IMG/VR virus record: IMGVR_UViG_3300035696_000013
Coordinates: 32,001 to 96,000 of that record
Reading direction: 5' to 3' (one strand)
DNA: 64,000 nucleotides
Source of the DNA: a virus
How positions within the stretch are numbered: the stretch's first letter is position 1; every line of letters begins with the position of its first letter. Positions 36,898 to 47,100 of the stretch are shown here, one piece after another. A program made the translations under genes and the position numbers. The notes under the pieces were generated by a model that had not been told where the DNA came from, did no database searches, and worked only from the letters and a program-made list of their open reading frames with translations.

Positions 36898-37533
36898 ATG
36901 AAAACGATCTATGTCGCGGGTCCATTTTCTTGGCAACAACGCATTAAACAACATGCCGATGAACTCATTGCTCTAGGCTATGAGATTACTGCGGAATGGC
37001 TTCAACAGAGCAGCAACTTCACTCGCCCGGATAATTCTACCATTGAACGTCCTGACCTTCCTACCATCTGTAAGATTCTTTCTCAACGAGATATCCGCAA
37101 TATCTTTGAAGCCGATACATTCATTGTATTCGAGCCGGGTACAACAATGGAACGTGTAACTCGTGTCGCCGAGTTTGGTGGAGCATTGTTTACAGGGCGT
37201 CAATGTATCGTTATTGGACCAGAAGAGGAGGATAAGAAGGATGTCATTAGTAGCATTTTTATTCATTTCTCTGAAGTTCCTGAAATTTGGCAACGACATT
37301 GGTGTCGGGAGTTAGATCGTCTTAAGCCTGTTCTTCACTATCAGAATTGGGATGCATTCAAAACCGATATCACCAACCCGGTAAAGCATTTACGTTGTGC
37401 TACTTGCGGAATTGAAACTGTAGGTGAAGAGAGTTCTAATTGCAGTTGTGAAGGACTTTCGTTTGTCAAGTGGAGAACTAAGAATTCAGATATTGAAGTT
37501 TACCCTCCTAAAGATTCAACTTCCAACCCCTAA
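36898..37533 (+). CDS. Nucleoside 2-deoxyribosyltransferase-like protein
   Basis: IYVAGPF...D....ADTFI...EFG. Confidence 0.65.
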   Translation: MKTIYVAGPFSWQQRIKQHADELIALGYEITAEWLQQSSNFTRPDNSTIERPDLPTICKILSQRDIRNIFEADTFIVFEPGTTMERVTRVAEFGGALFTGRQCIVIGPEEEDKKDVISSIFIHFSEVPEIWQRHWCRELDRLKPVLHYQNWDAFKTDITNPVKHLRCATCGIETVGEESSNCSCEGLSFVKWRTKNSDIEVYPPKDSTSNP

Positions 37534-37551
37534 ATTGAAGGAGACATAATC

Positions 37552-37752
37552 ATGTCTATTAATCTCGCAGATATCGTGAAGGACTTAGTTACGTGGGCAT
37601 CGGCTGCCAAGGTTGCAATTGGCGTAGTAGCAGGATGGCTAGCTAAGAAATGGGCTGTAGCAAAGGCCGAAGCCAAGAAATTGGAAGCTGATGTAAAGGC
37701 CGAAGCCGAAAAGCTAGAAGCGGACGCAAAGACTGAACTTAAGAAACTGTAA
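37552..37752 (+). CDS. Small membrane-anchored coiled-coil protein
   Basis: AGGAG RBS; KAEA.KLEAD repeat. Confidence 0.6.
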   Translation: MSINLADIVKDLVTWASAAKVAIGVVAGWLAKKWAVAKAEAKKLEADVKAEAEKLEADAKTELKKL

Positions 37753-37766
37753 AGTATTAGTTCAGT

Positions 37767-38564
37767 GTGACGCAGAATCCCAAAAAGATAAGATCAGGAG
37801 TACGGAACTCTCTATTTCCCACCACTCCTCTTCTATTGAGCAAGACTCGCAAACGAAATAATATCCTTGTAGGGGACGACCCTGCGCAGGAGCGATTTGC
37901 TGAGCAATTGCTCGGAGTTCAGTGTAAGTTTGTTCCGACTGTTCAAGATGACGATCTACTTGGGCAAAATCGACCAGTTTTGCTCCGAGTAGAATATGCT
38001 CGTTCCATTGAACTCTCCACTCAAGTTCGCTCTCAAACCGATATTTGGTCTCTAGATCCCATAGAAAAGGGTAGTGCTGGAGCAAACGCCATAGTACGTC
38101 ATGCTTGTAAGTTATTGGGAATAGAGAAACCTAATCTAACACTTATTCAGCGAATCGCCGATTTACTTTGCGAAGAACCTATATCCGACATTAAAGCCGC
38201 CGTCTGGCACGCTGCTTGGCTGCTTACCGGGCCTATGCCCGATGAATTTAAACCTTGGTCACAACCTTGGAATTCTCAGAATTGGCTCCCCATAAATGTT
38301 GATCCGCAGTATCGTTTGAACAGTTTGTATCGAGATTTTGTGGGTGTTGTATTTGCTCGCCAAAATCCACCTGATTGGAATGCTGCTCAGAAATTCTTTA
38401 TCAAGCCCACGAAATTCAACATTCTTAAGAATGAAGCTTCTACATTGGATTTAAACAAAGTGCGAGCTAGCATTAAAGAACTTAGTCGTTGGCGACTACA
38501 AAAGTACAATCCTCTCATTTGTGCTTTAAAAATCACTGCAATTTGGAGTGGAACAGTATCATAA
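37767..38564 (+). CDS. Hypothetical protein
   Basis: 265 aa, GTG 7 nt after GTATTA. Confidence 0.6.
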   Translation: MTQNPKKIRSGVRNSLFPTTPLLLSKTRKRNNILVGDDPAQERFAEQLLGVQCKFVPTVQDDDLLGQNRPVLLRVEYARSIELSTQVRSQTDIWSLDPIEKGSAGANAIVRHACKLLGIEKPNLTLIQRIADLLCEEPISDIKAAVWHAAWLLTGPMPDEFKPWSQPWNSQNWLPINVDPQYRLNSLYRDFVGVVFARQNPPDWNAAQKFFIKPTKFNILKNEASTLDLNKVRASIKELSRWRLQKYNPLICALKITAIWSGTVS

Positions 38565-38578
38565 ATGGGTGTCTTTTA

Positions 38579-38776
38579 ATGTTAACAACAAATAAAAAGA
38601 TAGCAATTGGATACGCGGGAATAGGAGTACTCTACATAGGACTTCTTTTTCTCTTTCTTCTTTCTCCGGATAATTCTCACCTTTCGCACAGATCGAATAT
38701 GCTCATTAATTTGTTTCCAATTGTCATCATAGTTTTCAGTGGAATTGCAACTTGGATATGCTGGACAGCAAGATAA
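38579..38776 (+). CDS. Small membrane protein
   Basis: Two hydrophobic segments. Confidence 0.5.
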   Translation: MLTTNKKIAIGYAGIGVLYIGLLFLFLLSPDNSHLSHRSNMLINLFPIVIIVFSGIATWICWTAR

Positions 38777-38842
38777 ACACTCTTCGCTGCTAAATTTCAG
38801 GATGAAATTGGTAAAAAGGAGTATTGAGTGTTGAGGGAAACA

Positions 38843-39172
38843 ATGCCAGATAAAACAAAAGGTCGCGATCAACTTATCAATATCCTCCAAGAAGACTTAC
38901 CTCCGGTTATAAATCAGACCAGTTTAACCAAGAAAGAGGTTGAAGCTATCCTAGGAGTTGTAATTCAAGGAATTGAAAAGACACTTTTACAGAATCTAGA
39001 CATTAACGGATTCTCGCTTAAGTTGAACCAATTAGCTAAACTCACTGTTCGTCATAAGGCAGGTATTATTCGTAAGATCCCTTTCAATGGGGAAACCACT
39101 CTCACAAAAGATAAGCGTAAAATCAAACTTGTTATTCTCGGTAAATTGCGTGAAAACGAAATCGTTAAGTAA
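38843..39172 (+). CDS. HU/IHF-like DNA-binding protein
   Basis: LTKKEVEAIL...RKIPFNGET arm pattern. Confidence 0.65.
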   Translation: MPDKTKGRDQLINILQEDLPPVINQTSLTKKEVEAILGVVIQGIEKTLLQNLDINGFSLKLNQLAKLTVRHKAGIIRKIPFNGETTLTKDKRKIKLVILGKLRENEIVK

Positions 39173-39189
39173 TCAAGGAGAAGATCAGT

Positions 39190-40074
39190 ATGGCAAAACA
39201 ATTTGTTGATGATGAATTAGATGATGTACAACCCGCAAAAGCAGCCGTTCCTCCCAATGCTCCGACCAGTCCTACACCATCTCAGCAAAGGAACACTGCT
39301 CCGACTCCCGCTGCTCCTACAGCTACGGCTCGTCGTGCAGCAGCTGTAACGACTGAGGAAGATGTCGAAGATACTGCAAAGCCGGACATTACTACAGATG
39401 ATGTAGAATTCGGCGACGAAGAGTTAATGAAGCGTGAAGGATTGATGAAGCTTCTTCCTGAAAAGGGCAAGACTGTTCGTGCTAGCATCTTAAGCTTTGT
39501 CAAACCAAAGAAGGGCTACTCTCATTACATCCCACAAAAAGGCACATTCCGCTGCCTGTCGGCACGTGATGCTAAAGGCAATGTTCTTGAGCCAGCTGTC
39601 TGTTGCGAAAAATTGGGTGATGCCGATATGATTATTGCTGGTCTCGTTTTGCATTACACCAATGCTCCGACCACCAATGGTAAATACGTTTCTACAAAGG
39701 GACCTGATGGCAAAACGCTACCTGTTTTGCTGGAATGGGACATCAAATGGATCAAACTAAGTCGCTCAGGTTATCGGGCTGTCAGTGCTCTCCCGCCTGA
39801 GGACATGACTGTGTACGATATCGATTTTACTATCGCATGGCGCAACGCGCAAGGTGGCGGTTTCAATTACAATTATGCTAGCAAGGCACGCTGGAAGTTG
39901 AATCCTGAACTAGCCGCAGAAGTTGAAGCTGCTTGCAAGCCTTACTTAGACGGCAAACGTCTTGTTGACAAACTGGGCAAACGAGCTACTCTATTGGAAC
40001 TCAAGGCCGCTATGTCCGGGGCTGCTACAACCGATGTTGAAGATGCCAGTCTTGGTGAAATGGATCAGTTATAA
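39190..40074 (+). CDS. Putative single-stranded DNA-binding protein (gp32-like)
   Basis: His/Cys motif HY...C...CC, acidic C-terminal tail, recombination context. Confidence 0.5.
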   Translation: MAKQFVDDELDDVQPAKAAVPPNAPTSPTPSQQRNTAPTPAAPTATARRAAAVTTEEDVEDTAKPDITTDDVEFGDEELMKREGLMKLLPEKGKTVRASILSFVKPKKGYSHYIPQKGTFRCLSARDAKGNVLEPAVCCEKLGDADMIIAGLVLHYTNAPTTNGKYVSTKGPDGKTLPVLLEWDIKWIKLSRSGYRAVSALPPEDMTVYDIDFTIAWRNAQGGGFNYNYASKARWKLNPELAAEVEAACKPYLDGKRLVDKLGKRATLLELKAAMSGAATTDVEDASLGEMDQL

Positions 40075-40078
40075 AACC

Positions 40079-40354
40079 ATGAAAAAAGCAATAAAGGTAC
40101 GGACGATCACTATAGTAATAGCACCAGGTATTCCTCAAGAAGAGCTTGAAAAACTTAAGAAACGTTGGTTAACTAATGCCATTGTCGTTGCTAACTATGA
40201 AATTGTCGTGGAAGAATTTCAAGTTTTATCCAGCGAAAAGCTCATCGTTTGTGCTGATGGTATTCCACGGGCTGAAGTCAAGGCATTGAATCGTAAACTT
40301 AAACAACAAGATTTAATCTTTGTAAACTATGCAGTTACAGTAATGGTTCGTTAA
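40079..40354 (+). CDS. Hypothetical protein with internal duplication
   Basis: A.GIP..E...L.......NY repeated twice. Confidence 0.6.
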   Translation: MKKAIKVRTITIVIAPGIPQEELEKLKKRWLTNAIVVANYEIVVEEFQVLSSEKLIVCADGIPRAEVKALNRKLKQQDLIFVNYAVTVMVR

Positions 40355-40536
40355 GGATCCATGCAAAGAAAAAGCAACAAATTCAAGGTAGAAATTCGAG
40401 TGACAGCCAAGGATCGTACTGAAGCTGCTGTTTCCGGTTGGAGTAGAAAGAATTCAATTCTCTTTCAGGAGAATCCGGCGATTTTGAAAGTCCTAAAGTT
40501 TTTGCTCTTGAATCAAAAGTTAGCAGGAGAAGAATA

Positions 40537-41592
40537 ATGAAACAATACATCGGAATCAGTCGAGATCATAGTGCAAGCATGATGCAAAGCTACCTTACCG
40601 AAGGAGCTTGCAACGATTTCAACAATGTTATCAAGATTATCAAGTCAGAAGCAAGAGAAAAGGACATCGATACAATTGTTTCTGTTGTCAAGTGCGGTGT
40701 AGGTGGTCGAGGTTTAATAGAGCGGGAAACAGTTAATTCTAGTGTTCAAAGACTTCGACCTCTTTCGAATTACATAGCAGACGGAGGTTCGACTCCTCTC
40801 TTTGACAGCGTTGGTGAATTGATTGAAATTTTGCAGAGTGCTCCCGATGCTAATGACGATGTTTCTTTTCTTATCATAGTCATAACGGATGGCCGGGATA
40901 ATTCCTCTGTGCATTATGATGCTCACACTTTGAGTGAAAAGATACGTTTCCTTCAGAATACCACGGATGGATGGACTTTTGTGTTCCGTGTTCCTTACGG
41001 CTATAAGCAAGAACTAGTTCGTATGGGTATTCCTGCAGGCAACATTCAAGAGTGGGAACAAACGGTTGAAGGTATTAGAGAAGCTTCTCGAGTCACTCTT
41101 GCTGCCATGTCCGATTATTATGGACAACGTTTGAAGGGAGTCCGCAGCACTAAGAATTTCTATGCTGATTTGAGTGGTGTCACTCGTCAAGAAGTTAAGA
41201 CTGTGCTAACCGACATCAGTCACGAAGTTCGCATTTGGCCTGTAAAGCGTGGAGGTCAGCAAATTCGTGCCTTTGTGGAAAGAAAGTTACGTCGAGAAAT
41301 GGCTCTAGGTTCGGCTTTCTACCAATTGACTAAGCCTGAAAAAGCTGTTCAAGACTACAAAGTCATCATCATTCGAGATAAGAAGACAGGTTCAGTTTAC
41401 AGCGGTCAGTCGGCTCGAGATCTTCTGGGGCTTCCTTTCTCAGGAACTATCAAACTCTCGCCGGGTGATCATGGCAATTATGATATTTACATTCAGTCAA
41501 CAAGTGTAAATCGTAAATTGATTGCCGGAACTAATGTTCTGTATTGGCCGAAAGCAGTATTACTAGCCAAGGCTGCAAAAGCTGTGAGTTAA
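40537..41592 (+). CDS. von Willebrand factor A domain protein
   Basis: MIDAS DHSAS, GSTPLFD, VITDG.DN.S. Confidence 0.85.
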   Translation: MKQYIGISRDHSASMMQSYLTEGACNDFNNVIKIIKSEAREKDIDTIVSVVKCGVGGRGLIERETVNSSVQRLRPLSNYIADGGSTPLFDSVGELIEILQSAPDANDDVSFLIIVITDGRDNSSVHYDAHTLSEKIRFLQNTTDGWTFVFRVPYGYKQELVRMGIPAGNIQEWEQTVEGIREASRVTLAAMSDYYGQRLKGVRSTKNFYADLSGVTRQEVKTVLTDISHEVRIWPVKRGGQQIRAFVERKLRREMALGSAFYQLTKPEKAVQDYKVIIIRDKKTGSVYSGQSARDLLGLPFSGTIKLSPGDHGNYDIYIQSTSVNRKLIAGTNVLYWPKAVLLAKAAKAVS

Positions 41593-41620
41593 CCTCTTCT
41601 TCTCCGAGGTTGATTGAAGG

Positions 41621-41651
41621 AAAGGCTGGGGGTGCAAACTCCCAGCCTTTT
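41621..41651 (+). terminator. Intrinsic terminator
   Basis: AAAGGCTGGG-loop-CCCAGCCTTT plus T tract. Confidence 0.8.
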
Positions 41652-41662
41652 GTGTATAAGGA

Positions 41663-42385
41663 TTGAAAATGCTCTTAATTGGTATCGATTTTGAAACCAC
41701 TGGCATGTCTCCCGAAAAGCATGCTGTAATAGAAGTGGGAGCGATACTTTGGGATACGGATCTTCGTGCCCCTATTCGTGTAATAGGATATCTAGTAAAT
41801 CCTAGAAAAGATTGTGAATGGGACCCAGAAGCAATGGCAAAAAACGGTCTTTCGCAGGAACTTTGTCAGAAATACGGCTATGAAGATGAACGTGCTCTGA
41901 AGCAATTATTAGTTTGGTATCAACAAGCTGAGATTGCTTGTGCTCATAATGGAACAAAATTTGATCGTCCATTTTTTAGTGCTTGGTGTGCTCATTATGG
42001 CTATGATGATCAGCCAAAGAAACTCTGGATTGATACCGACACAGATATAGACTTTTCTAGAGGACAAAGTCATCATCTAGATTATATGGCTGCTGATCAT
42101 CGTTTCCTAAATCCTTTTCCTCACAGAGCAGTTTTCGATGTAATGACGATGCTGAAAATTATGGATGAACATGATTGTGCTAAGATCATTGAATCGGCTA
42201 AAGAACCCAAGATTATTGTTCAAGCACTAGTCAGTTTTGAAAACAACAATCTGGCTCGAGTACGAAATTATCGTCCTCATTATGAAGATGGCCGATTTAA
42301 AGCTTGGTTAAAAACCATCAATCAACGTGATTATGCGAAAGAAGCGGAAGAAGCAGGTTTCCCTGTAAGAATATTCAAGTCGTAG
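41663..42385 (+). CDS. DEDDh 3'-5' exonuclease (DnaQ-like)
   Basis: DFETTG, AHNGTKFD, HRAVFD. Confidence 0.9.
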   Translation: MKMLLIGIDFETTGMSPEKHAVIEVGAILWDTDLRAPIRVIGYLVNPRKDCEWDPEAMAKNGLSQELCQKYGYEDERALKQLLVWYQQAEIACAHNGTKFDRPFFSAWCAHYGYDDQPKKLWIDTDTDIDFSRGQSHHLDYMAADHRFLNPFPHRAVFDVMTMLKIMDEHDCAKIIESAKEPKIIVQALVSFENNNLARVRNYRPHYEDGRFKAWLKTINQRDYAKEAEEAGFPVRIFKS

Positions 42386-42429
42386 TATTAAATAGAGTCG
42401 CGCAAACATCATTGTTTGAGTTGGAGAAC

Positions 42430-43383
42430 ATGCCTAAGAAAGAAATCTCTTTACAGATCCCGCCTAAAATGGATCATATTAAGCATTGGCTCATCATGGG
42501 CCTGGATCCTTCTTTGTCTTGTACTGGATATGCTTTTTTGCATGTTGAACCCAGCAGTTCGGAGCATTCTTTCTCTGAATGGCTTCGGGTAGGATCGTGT
42601 AAGCCTGATGCAACTAAGAATCCTGTATGGTTGCGTGCCAAGCTCATGGCTGTCTATTTGAAAGAGCAACTTGACGAAGTATCCTCAGACCTCAGAATAG
42701 CTACTCCTTATCATTCAGATCATGTTTGTGAACCTAGAGTTAGTTCAGAGATGGGTGCTACTTATGGCAGTGAATTGGCTGGAGATGCTCTAAATTGTAA
42801 ACATTGTGGGCGAGGTCCGGCGGAACAAAATCTTGAAGGTGGTCTAGGTCTTCTAGTTGTTATGGAAGCACCTACTCCCACTGATGATTTCCTCAATCGA
42901 GTAAATGCTATCTTCCACGAACATTTCTTTGAAGGCGATTTATTTCGTCGGTTTAAAACTATTCGTATTTTGACCATAAATGCTAGTACACTTCGTTCTC
43001 TTATGGGTTTATTCAAACGAGGTAACAATAAGGGAGAGAATATCAAACGAGCCTATGATTTCATAGACAAGGAAAATTATGGCAATTTAGATTCAGATGC
43101 TTGTGACGCTGTAATGCTTGCTATGGTAGCAAGGGCTGCGGCTTCAATCTTATTGGGACTTGCGAATGAAGTTCCTCCTAAATTCCTAAACACACTTTGT
43201 AGTGCTGAACTTGTTGCACGGGGCAATGGTCGTAATGCGCGAGTTACCACAAAAGGTTTGCTTCATACCACAGGGCAGAGACCTGAGTATTGGTATTCAT
43301 ACGACCGTCAAGATTATGTTCTTTGTGTTAGAGATGCGGCTCAACCAAAGAAGATTCTGCTCCGCAAAAGCTATCAAATCTAA
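42430..43383 (+). CDS. RuvC-like Holliday junction resolvase with Cys/His insertion
   Basis: GLDPSLSCTGY, VMEAP, DSDACDA. Confidence 0.75.
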   Translation: MPKKEISLQIPPKMDHIKHWLIMGLDPSLSCTGYAFLHVEPSSSEHSFSEWLRVGSCKPDATKNPVWLRAKLMAVYLKEQLDEVSSDLRIATPYHSDHVCEPRVSSEMGATYGSELAGDALNCKHCGRGPAEQNLEGGLGLLVVMEAPTPTDDFLNRVNAIFHEHFFEGDLFRRFKTIRILTINASTLRSLMGLFKRGNNKGENIKRAYDFIDKENYGNLDSDACDAVMLAMVARAAASILLGLANEVPPKFLNTLCSAELVARGNGRNARVTTKGLLHTTGQRPEYWYSYDRQDYVLCVRDAAQPKKILLRKSYQI

Positions 43384-43392
43384 GGGGAATCC

Positions 43393-44718
43393 ATGGCACC
43401 AGGAAAAAAGAAAACAGAAGAGAAAGAAAAAGAGAAGCCTATTCATCCTCGTTTAATGACGCCAACACAACGACGAGAAAAATTGTTGGAAGCACGTAAG
43501 AAGCTTGATGACGATTACAAGGTTCTTAAGACTGATGACAATGAAAAACTCGTCCCTTATGGTATGCTAGTGATGGATCATGTTCTTCGGCTCCAAGGCA
43601 TTGGTATGCGTGGTCGTGTAAGTCAAATTCATGGTAATGAAGGTGCGGGCAAATCTACTTTGACTTACAAAATTGCTCGAAATTTTCAATTAGCAACGGG
43701 TGAACCATTGGCCATTTTCGATTTTGAACGTACAGGTACTGTTCCTTATTTGAAAGCTATCGGCGTGGATATGAGTCCTGAAATGTGCTTCTTCAAGCAG
43801 CCGGATTCGGTTGAAGATTGCCAACAAGATGTTATCCGTCTTATGCAAGCAGGTACAAGATTCTTCATCTTTGATTCCATTCCTCGTATGAAGAGTAAGA
43901 TTGATGCTAAATTCATTTTGGATGGAAAAGCTTTTAAAGCATCCATGGCTGTTCACGCTCGTGTTATGGCTCAATTTTATGACAATATGCTGCCTCATGT
44001 AGCTGAGTATGATGGTCATTTTATGATGGTAAACCAGACTCGTGATCGTATAGATTCTGGAGCAGAAAATGCTCAAAAATACCCCACGTATACCAATCTT
44101 CCTTACACTCTACCGGGAGGCCGTTCTTGCCGTTTTACACCATCCGTTATGATTGAGAACAAGATGATGAAAGCATTTAAGGCAGGTGGGGTTGACTTGG
44201 GCGGTGGTACGAAAGATGACTTCATTCTTGAACCTGAGACTCCTGAAAATAAAGATATCATCGTTGCAACTCGTGTTCGACTTCGCGCTCTTAAGAACAA
44301 AGTTGGCGGCGGTGGATATCGAGAAGGCTATGTTTGGATGCGTCCCGACGGTATCGGTAGGGTCCCCGGTATTGACGAGAATGCTTCTATAAGAGAATTC
44401 GCTCGTGCTTATGGTTTGATTGATTACACTGGAGGAGGTAAGAATACAAAATGGTTTGTGGGCGCTTCTCCAGAAGAAGCCATTATTACTTACAACAATA
44501 AAGAAGAGGCTATTAAGGATCTCGTAGTCGACGAAAATCCCGAAGTATTGCGAAGACTAAGTATCCTAGTTGCCAAAGCAATAGATTCCGATAGTTCCAG
44601 CAAATATGCTACTGAGGTCTCTGGTCAGTTGGCAACTTATCTGTCGGGAACTGAAGATGATGAAACTGATCCAAATGTAACAGTGAACAAAGCATTTCAA
44701 GTCGAAGAAGACATTTAA
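43393..44718 (+). CDS. recA: RecA/UvsX-like recombinase
   Basis: GNEGAGKST, FDFE, FIFDS, NQTR, PGG, KNKV. Confidence 0.88.
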   Translation: MAPGKKKTEEKEKEKPIHPRLMTPTQRREKLLEARKKLDDDYKVLKTDDNEKLVPYGMLVMDHVLRLQGIGMRGRVSQIHGNEGAGKSTLTYKIARNFQLATGEPLAIFDFERTGTVPYLKAIGVDMSPEMCFFKQPDSVEDCQQDVIRLMQAGTRFFIFDSIPRMKSKIDAKFILDGKAFKASMAVHARVMAQFYDNMLPHVAEYDGHFMMVNQTRDRIDSGAENAQKYPTYTNLPYTLPGGRSCRFTPSVMIENKMMKAFKAGGVDLGGGTKDDFILEPETPENKDIIVATRVRLRALKNKVGGGGYREGYVWMRPDGIGRVPGIDENASIREFARAYGLIDYTGGGKNTKWFVGASPEEAIITYNNKEEAIKDLVVDENPEVLRRLSILVAKAIDSDSSSKYATEVSGQLATYLSGTEDDETDPNVTVNKAFQVEEDI

Positions 44719-44724
44719 CAATAG

Positions 44725-45894
44725 ATGAAATTTTTAGGTAAGAACTTTCAACCTTGGGCCGAATTCAACCTAAATCTGGAAGGGTTAACCGTCTTGGTCG
44801 GTCCTTCGGATAAAGGTAAATCCTCGATTTTTCGTGCATTGAAAGGCTTGCTGCGCAATGAACTTCCCGCCACTTTTGTTCGTAATGGGCAACCTAATCC
44901 ATTGGATCTTACATTAGAGGTTCCTGATCATACAATTCAGGCAATTCGTAAAGCTAATGGTTCTACAGAGTACATTGTAGATGGCGGTAAGAAATTCACT
45001 AGTTTGGGCGGAAAACTTCCTCAACAAGTGATTGACTTGAATATGGGTGAGATTCAGATTGGGGAATATCATATTGATCCAATCTTTGCTTCTCAATTCG
45101 GTAGACAGTTTATGTTGGAAACTTCAGGTCCTACAGAATTGAACACCATCTTAGGCGCTTTCGCTTCCACAGAAAATCTAGAATTTGGCAAGAAACAAGC
45201 CAATCTGTTCATCACTCAAAAGAATAATGAAGCTCGCACTCTAGCTCGTGAAATCAGCGAAGCTGAAGAGCGAAAGAGCAGATTGAGCAGTCTGCTTTCC
45301 GAAGCTACTGTGGTTAAAGATGAAATTGCTCGGATAGAACCTTTCGTTCGTTCGCTAGAAGCAGGACAATTCTGGTTGGGTAAGGTAGCCATCAGCCGTG
45401 CTCGTATCTTCCCCCTGCAGCAAATCGTAGCTTCTCTTACCATACCTGATACGTCCCAGGCTCAGTTGTTGAAGCAGCAAAAGGACTATTTGTTACAGGC
45501 TGCTGAGAGTCTAAAATGGGCATCTTTCTTGCGACAAGTTGAAACCGCTATTACACCTCTTACAATTCTTTGGAGCGAAATTGTAACACAAAATCGTCGG
45601 GTTAGAGCATTGAACGAAGTTTTGGTACAAGTTCAGCGAAAAGAGCAGCTTTCCAATCTTGATGTTATTCATAAATTGAATGTTTTGATTAAAAGAACAA
45701 CCAACGAATTAGAAACAACTATTCATCAACAAGACAGTATTAAATACGCAGAGCAAGCCGCATTTTTGAAGAAACGAGTGGTCGCTAAACAATCGGAACT
45801 CGCTAGCTTAGAGAAACAAATCTCATCTCTACAGAAAACTAGCGGTCTTTGTCCAAAGTGCGGTAAACCATTGGAGCATGTCTGTGGATCTTAA
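44725..45894 (+). CDS. SbcC/Rad50-like ATPase, N-terminal half
   Basis: KNFQ, GPSDKGKSS, Q-loop, coiled coil, terminal CPKC Zn hook. Confidence 0.8.
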   Translation: MKFLGKNFQPWAEFNLNLEGLTVLVGPSDKGKSSIFRALKGLLRNELPATFVRNGQPNPLDLTLEVPDHTIQAIRKANGSTEYIVDGGKKFTSLGGKLPQQVIDLNMGEIQIGEYHIDPIFASQFGRQFMLETSGPTELNTILGAFASTENLEFGKKQANLFITQKNNEARTLAREISEAEERKSRLSSLLSEATVVKDEIARIEPFVRSLEAGQFWLGKVAISRARIFPLQQIVASLTIPDTSQAQLLKQQKDYLLQAAESLKWASFLRQVETAITPLTILWSEIVTQNRRVRALNEVLVQVQRKEQLSNLDVIHKLNVLIKRTTNELETTIHQQDSIKYAEQAAFLKKRVVAKQSELASLEKQISSLQKTSGLCPKCGKPLEHVCGS

Positions 45895-46162
45895 ACAAAT
45901 TCAAGAACAAATCAAAACTTTTGCTGCCAAGCGAGATCAAATCATAGGGGAAATTGGTCGTGAAGAAGGCCAATTAGAAAACTCTTATGCCAAGCTTCGT
46001 GAACTTGGTATCGAGAAGCCCGAAGAAATGACGGCTGCTCAGCTAGAAGCTGTGGCTCAAGATGTTCAAAAACAATTGACTGAGAAGATTTCTGCTCTAG
46101 AAGTACAACTTAAAACAGGTGAACAACTTATTGCTAAGTACGATTCGCTACAGGAGAATTAA
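45878..46162 (+). CDS. Coiled-coil hypothetical protein
   Basis: GGAG RBS; heptad pattern. Confidence 0.65.
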   Translation: MSVDLKQIQEQIKTFAAKRDQIIGEIGREEGQLENSYAKLRELGIEKPEEMTAAQLEAVAQDVQKQLTEKISALEVQLKTGEQLIAKYDSLQEN

Positions 46163-46163
46163 A

Positions 46164-46643
46164 ATGGATATTCCTATGTACAAAGTTGCATCACAGAAAC
46201 AGGGTGATGGATCTTACCAAGTTCGTGTAATTCATGACATCAATGGAAATAGTACAGATGTAGTATTTCCTGCTGGAGCATATACTGCCGATTTAGCCGA
46301 AGAATACGCAGAATTCAAACGCAGACAAGTATTTTCAAAGTACGATTTCAATACTGCACTGACAGGTGAAAAAGCTGAACCAGTAAGTCCTCCAACGTTT
46401 GTTGGGGATGTATCCACCACTAATGTCCCCGTCATTCCTACGATACTAGAGGATGCCTCAGCTGCTACTCTTCCGGGAACAGTAGGAATTGAAGTTGCTC
46501 AACCTCCAATTGTAGATGTTGTATCGGATCGGTTGCAAGGAGTAGATTGCTCACTCTGCGAGGATGAAACTCCTCACACTCATGAGACTGTACAAATTTC
46601 CGGGGGAGAAGTGCAAACGAATAATGAGGTAAAGAATGAGTAA
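46164..46643 (+). CDS. Hypothetical protein
   Basis: AGGAG RBS; C-terminal CxxC...H. Confidence 0.6.
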   Translation: MDIPMYKVASQKQGDGSYQVRVIHDINGNSTDVVFPAGAYTADLAEEYAEFKRRQVFSKYDFNTALTGEKAEPVSPPTFVGDVSTTNVPVIPTILEDASAATLPGTVGIEVAQPPIVDVVSDRLQGVDCSLCEDETPHTHETVQISGGEVQTNNEVKNE

Positions 46644-47100
46644 TCAAAGTTGGGATAATCGATTTATGGAAATGGCCTTGCTAGTAGCTAGTTGGAGCAA
46701 GGATCGAAACACCCATGTTGGTTGCATTATTGTGGGACCTCAACGAGAAGTTCGTTCAGTAGGATACAATGGATTTCCTCGTGGAGTAAATGATGAAGTT
46801 GAAGCTCGTTTTGAGTGTCCTTTAAAATATATGTGGACGGAGCACGCCGAGCGCAATGCCATCTACAATTCATCTCGTATGGGATTGTCGTTAGAAGGGT
46901 GCACCATGTACCTCAACGGAGACCATGGATTCCCTTGTACAGATTGCGCACGAGCGATTATTCAGTGCGGAATCAAATTTCTAGTTGGATTGGCTCCTGA
47001 TTTTGATAATCCCAAGTACGGCGCAGAATACAGAAATACGATTACGATGTTTCAAGAAGCCGGGATGGCATTTAGAAGCATTGAAAAGGAAACTAAATGA
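46636..47100 (+). CDS. dCMP deaminase
   Basis: SKD, GYNGFPRG, HAERNAI, PCTDC. Confidence 0.92.
   Translation: MSNQSWDNRFMEMALLVASWSKDRNTHVGCIIVGPQREVRSVGYNGFPRGVNDEVEARFECPLKYMWTEHAERNAIYNSSRMGLSLEGCTMYLNGDHGFPCTDCARAIIQCGIKFLVGLAPDFDNPKYGAEYRNTITMFQEAGMAFRSIEKETK

Noticed and set aside
40537-41592. Ro60/Rsr partner of the Y RNA
   Set aside because: vWA domain is N-terminal and there is no TROVE helical domain
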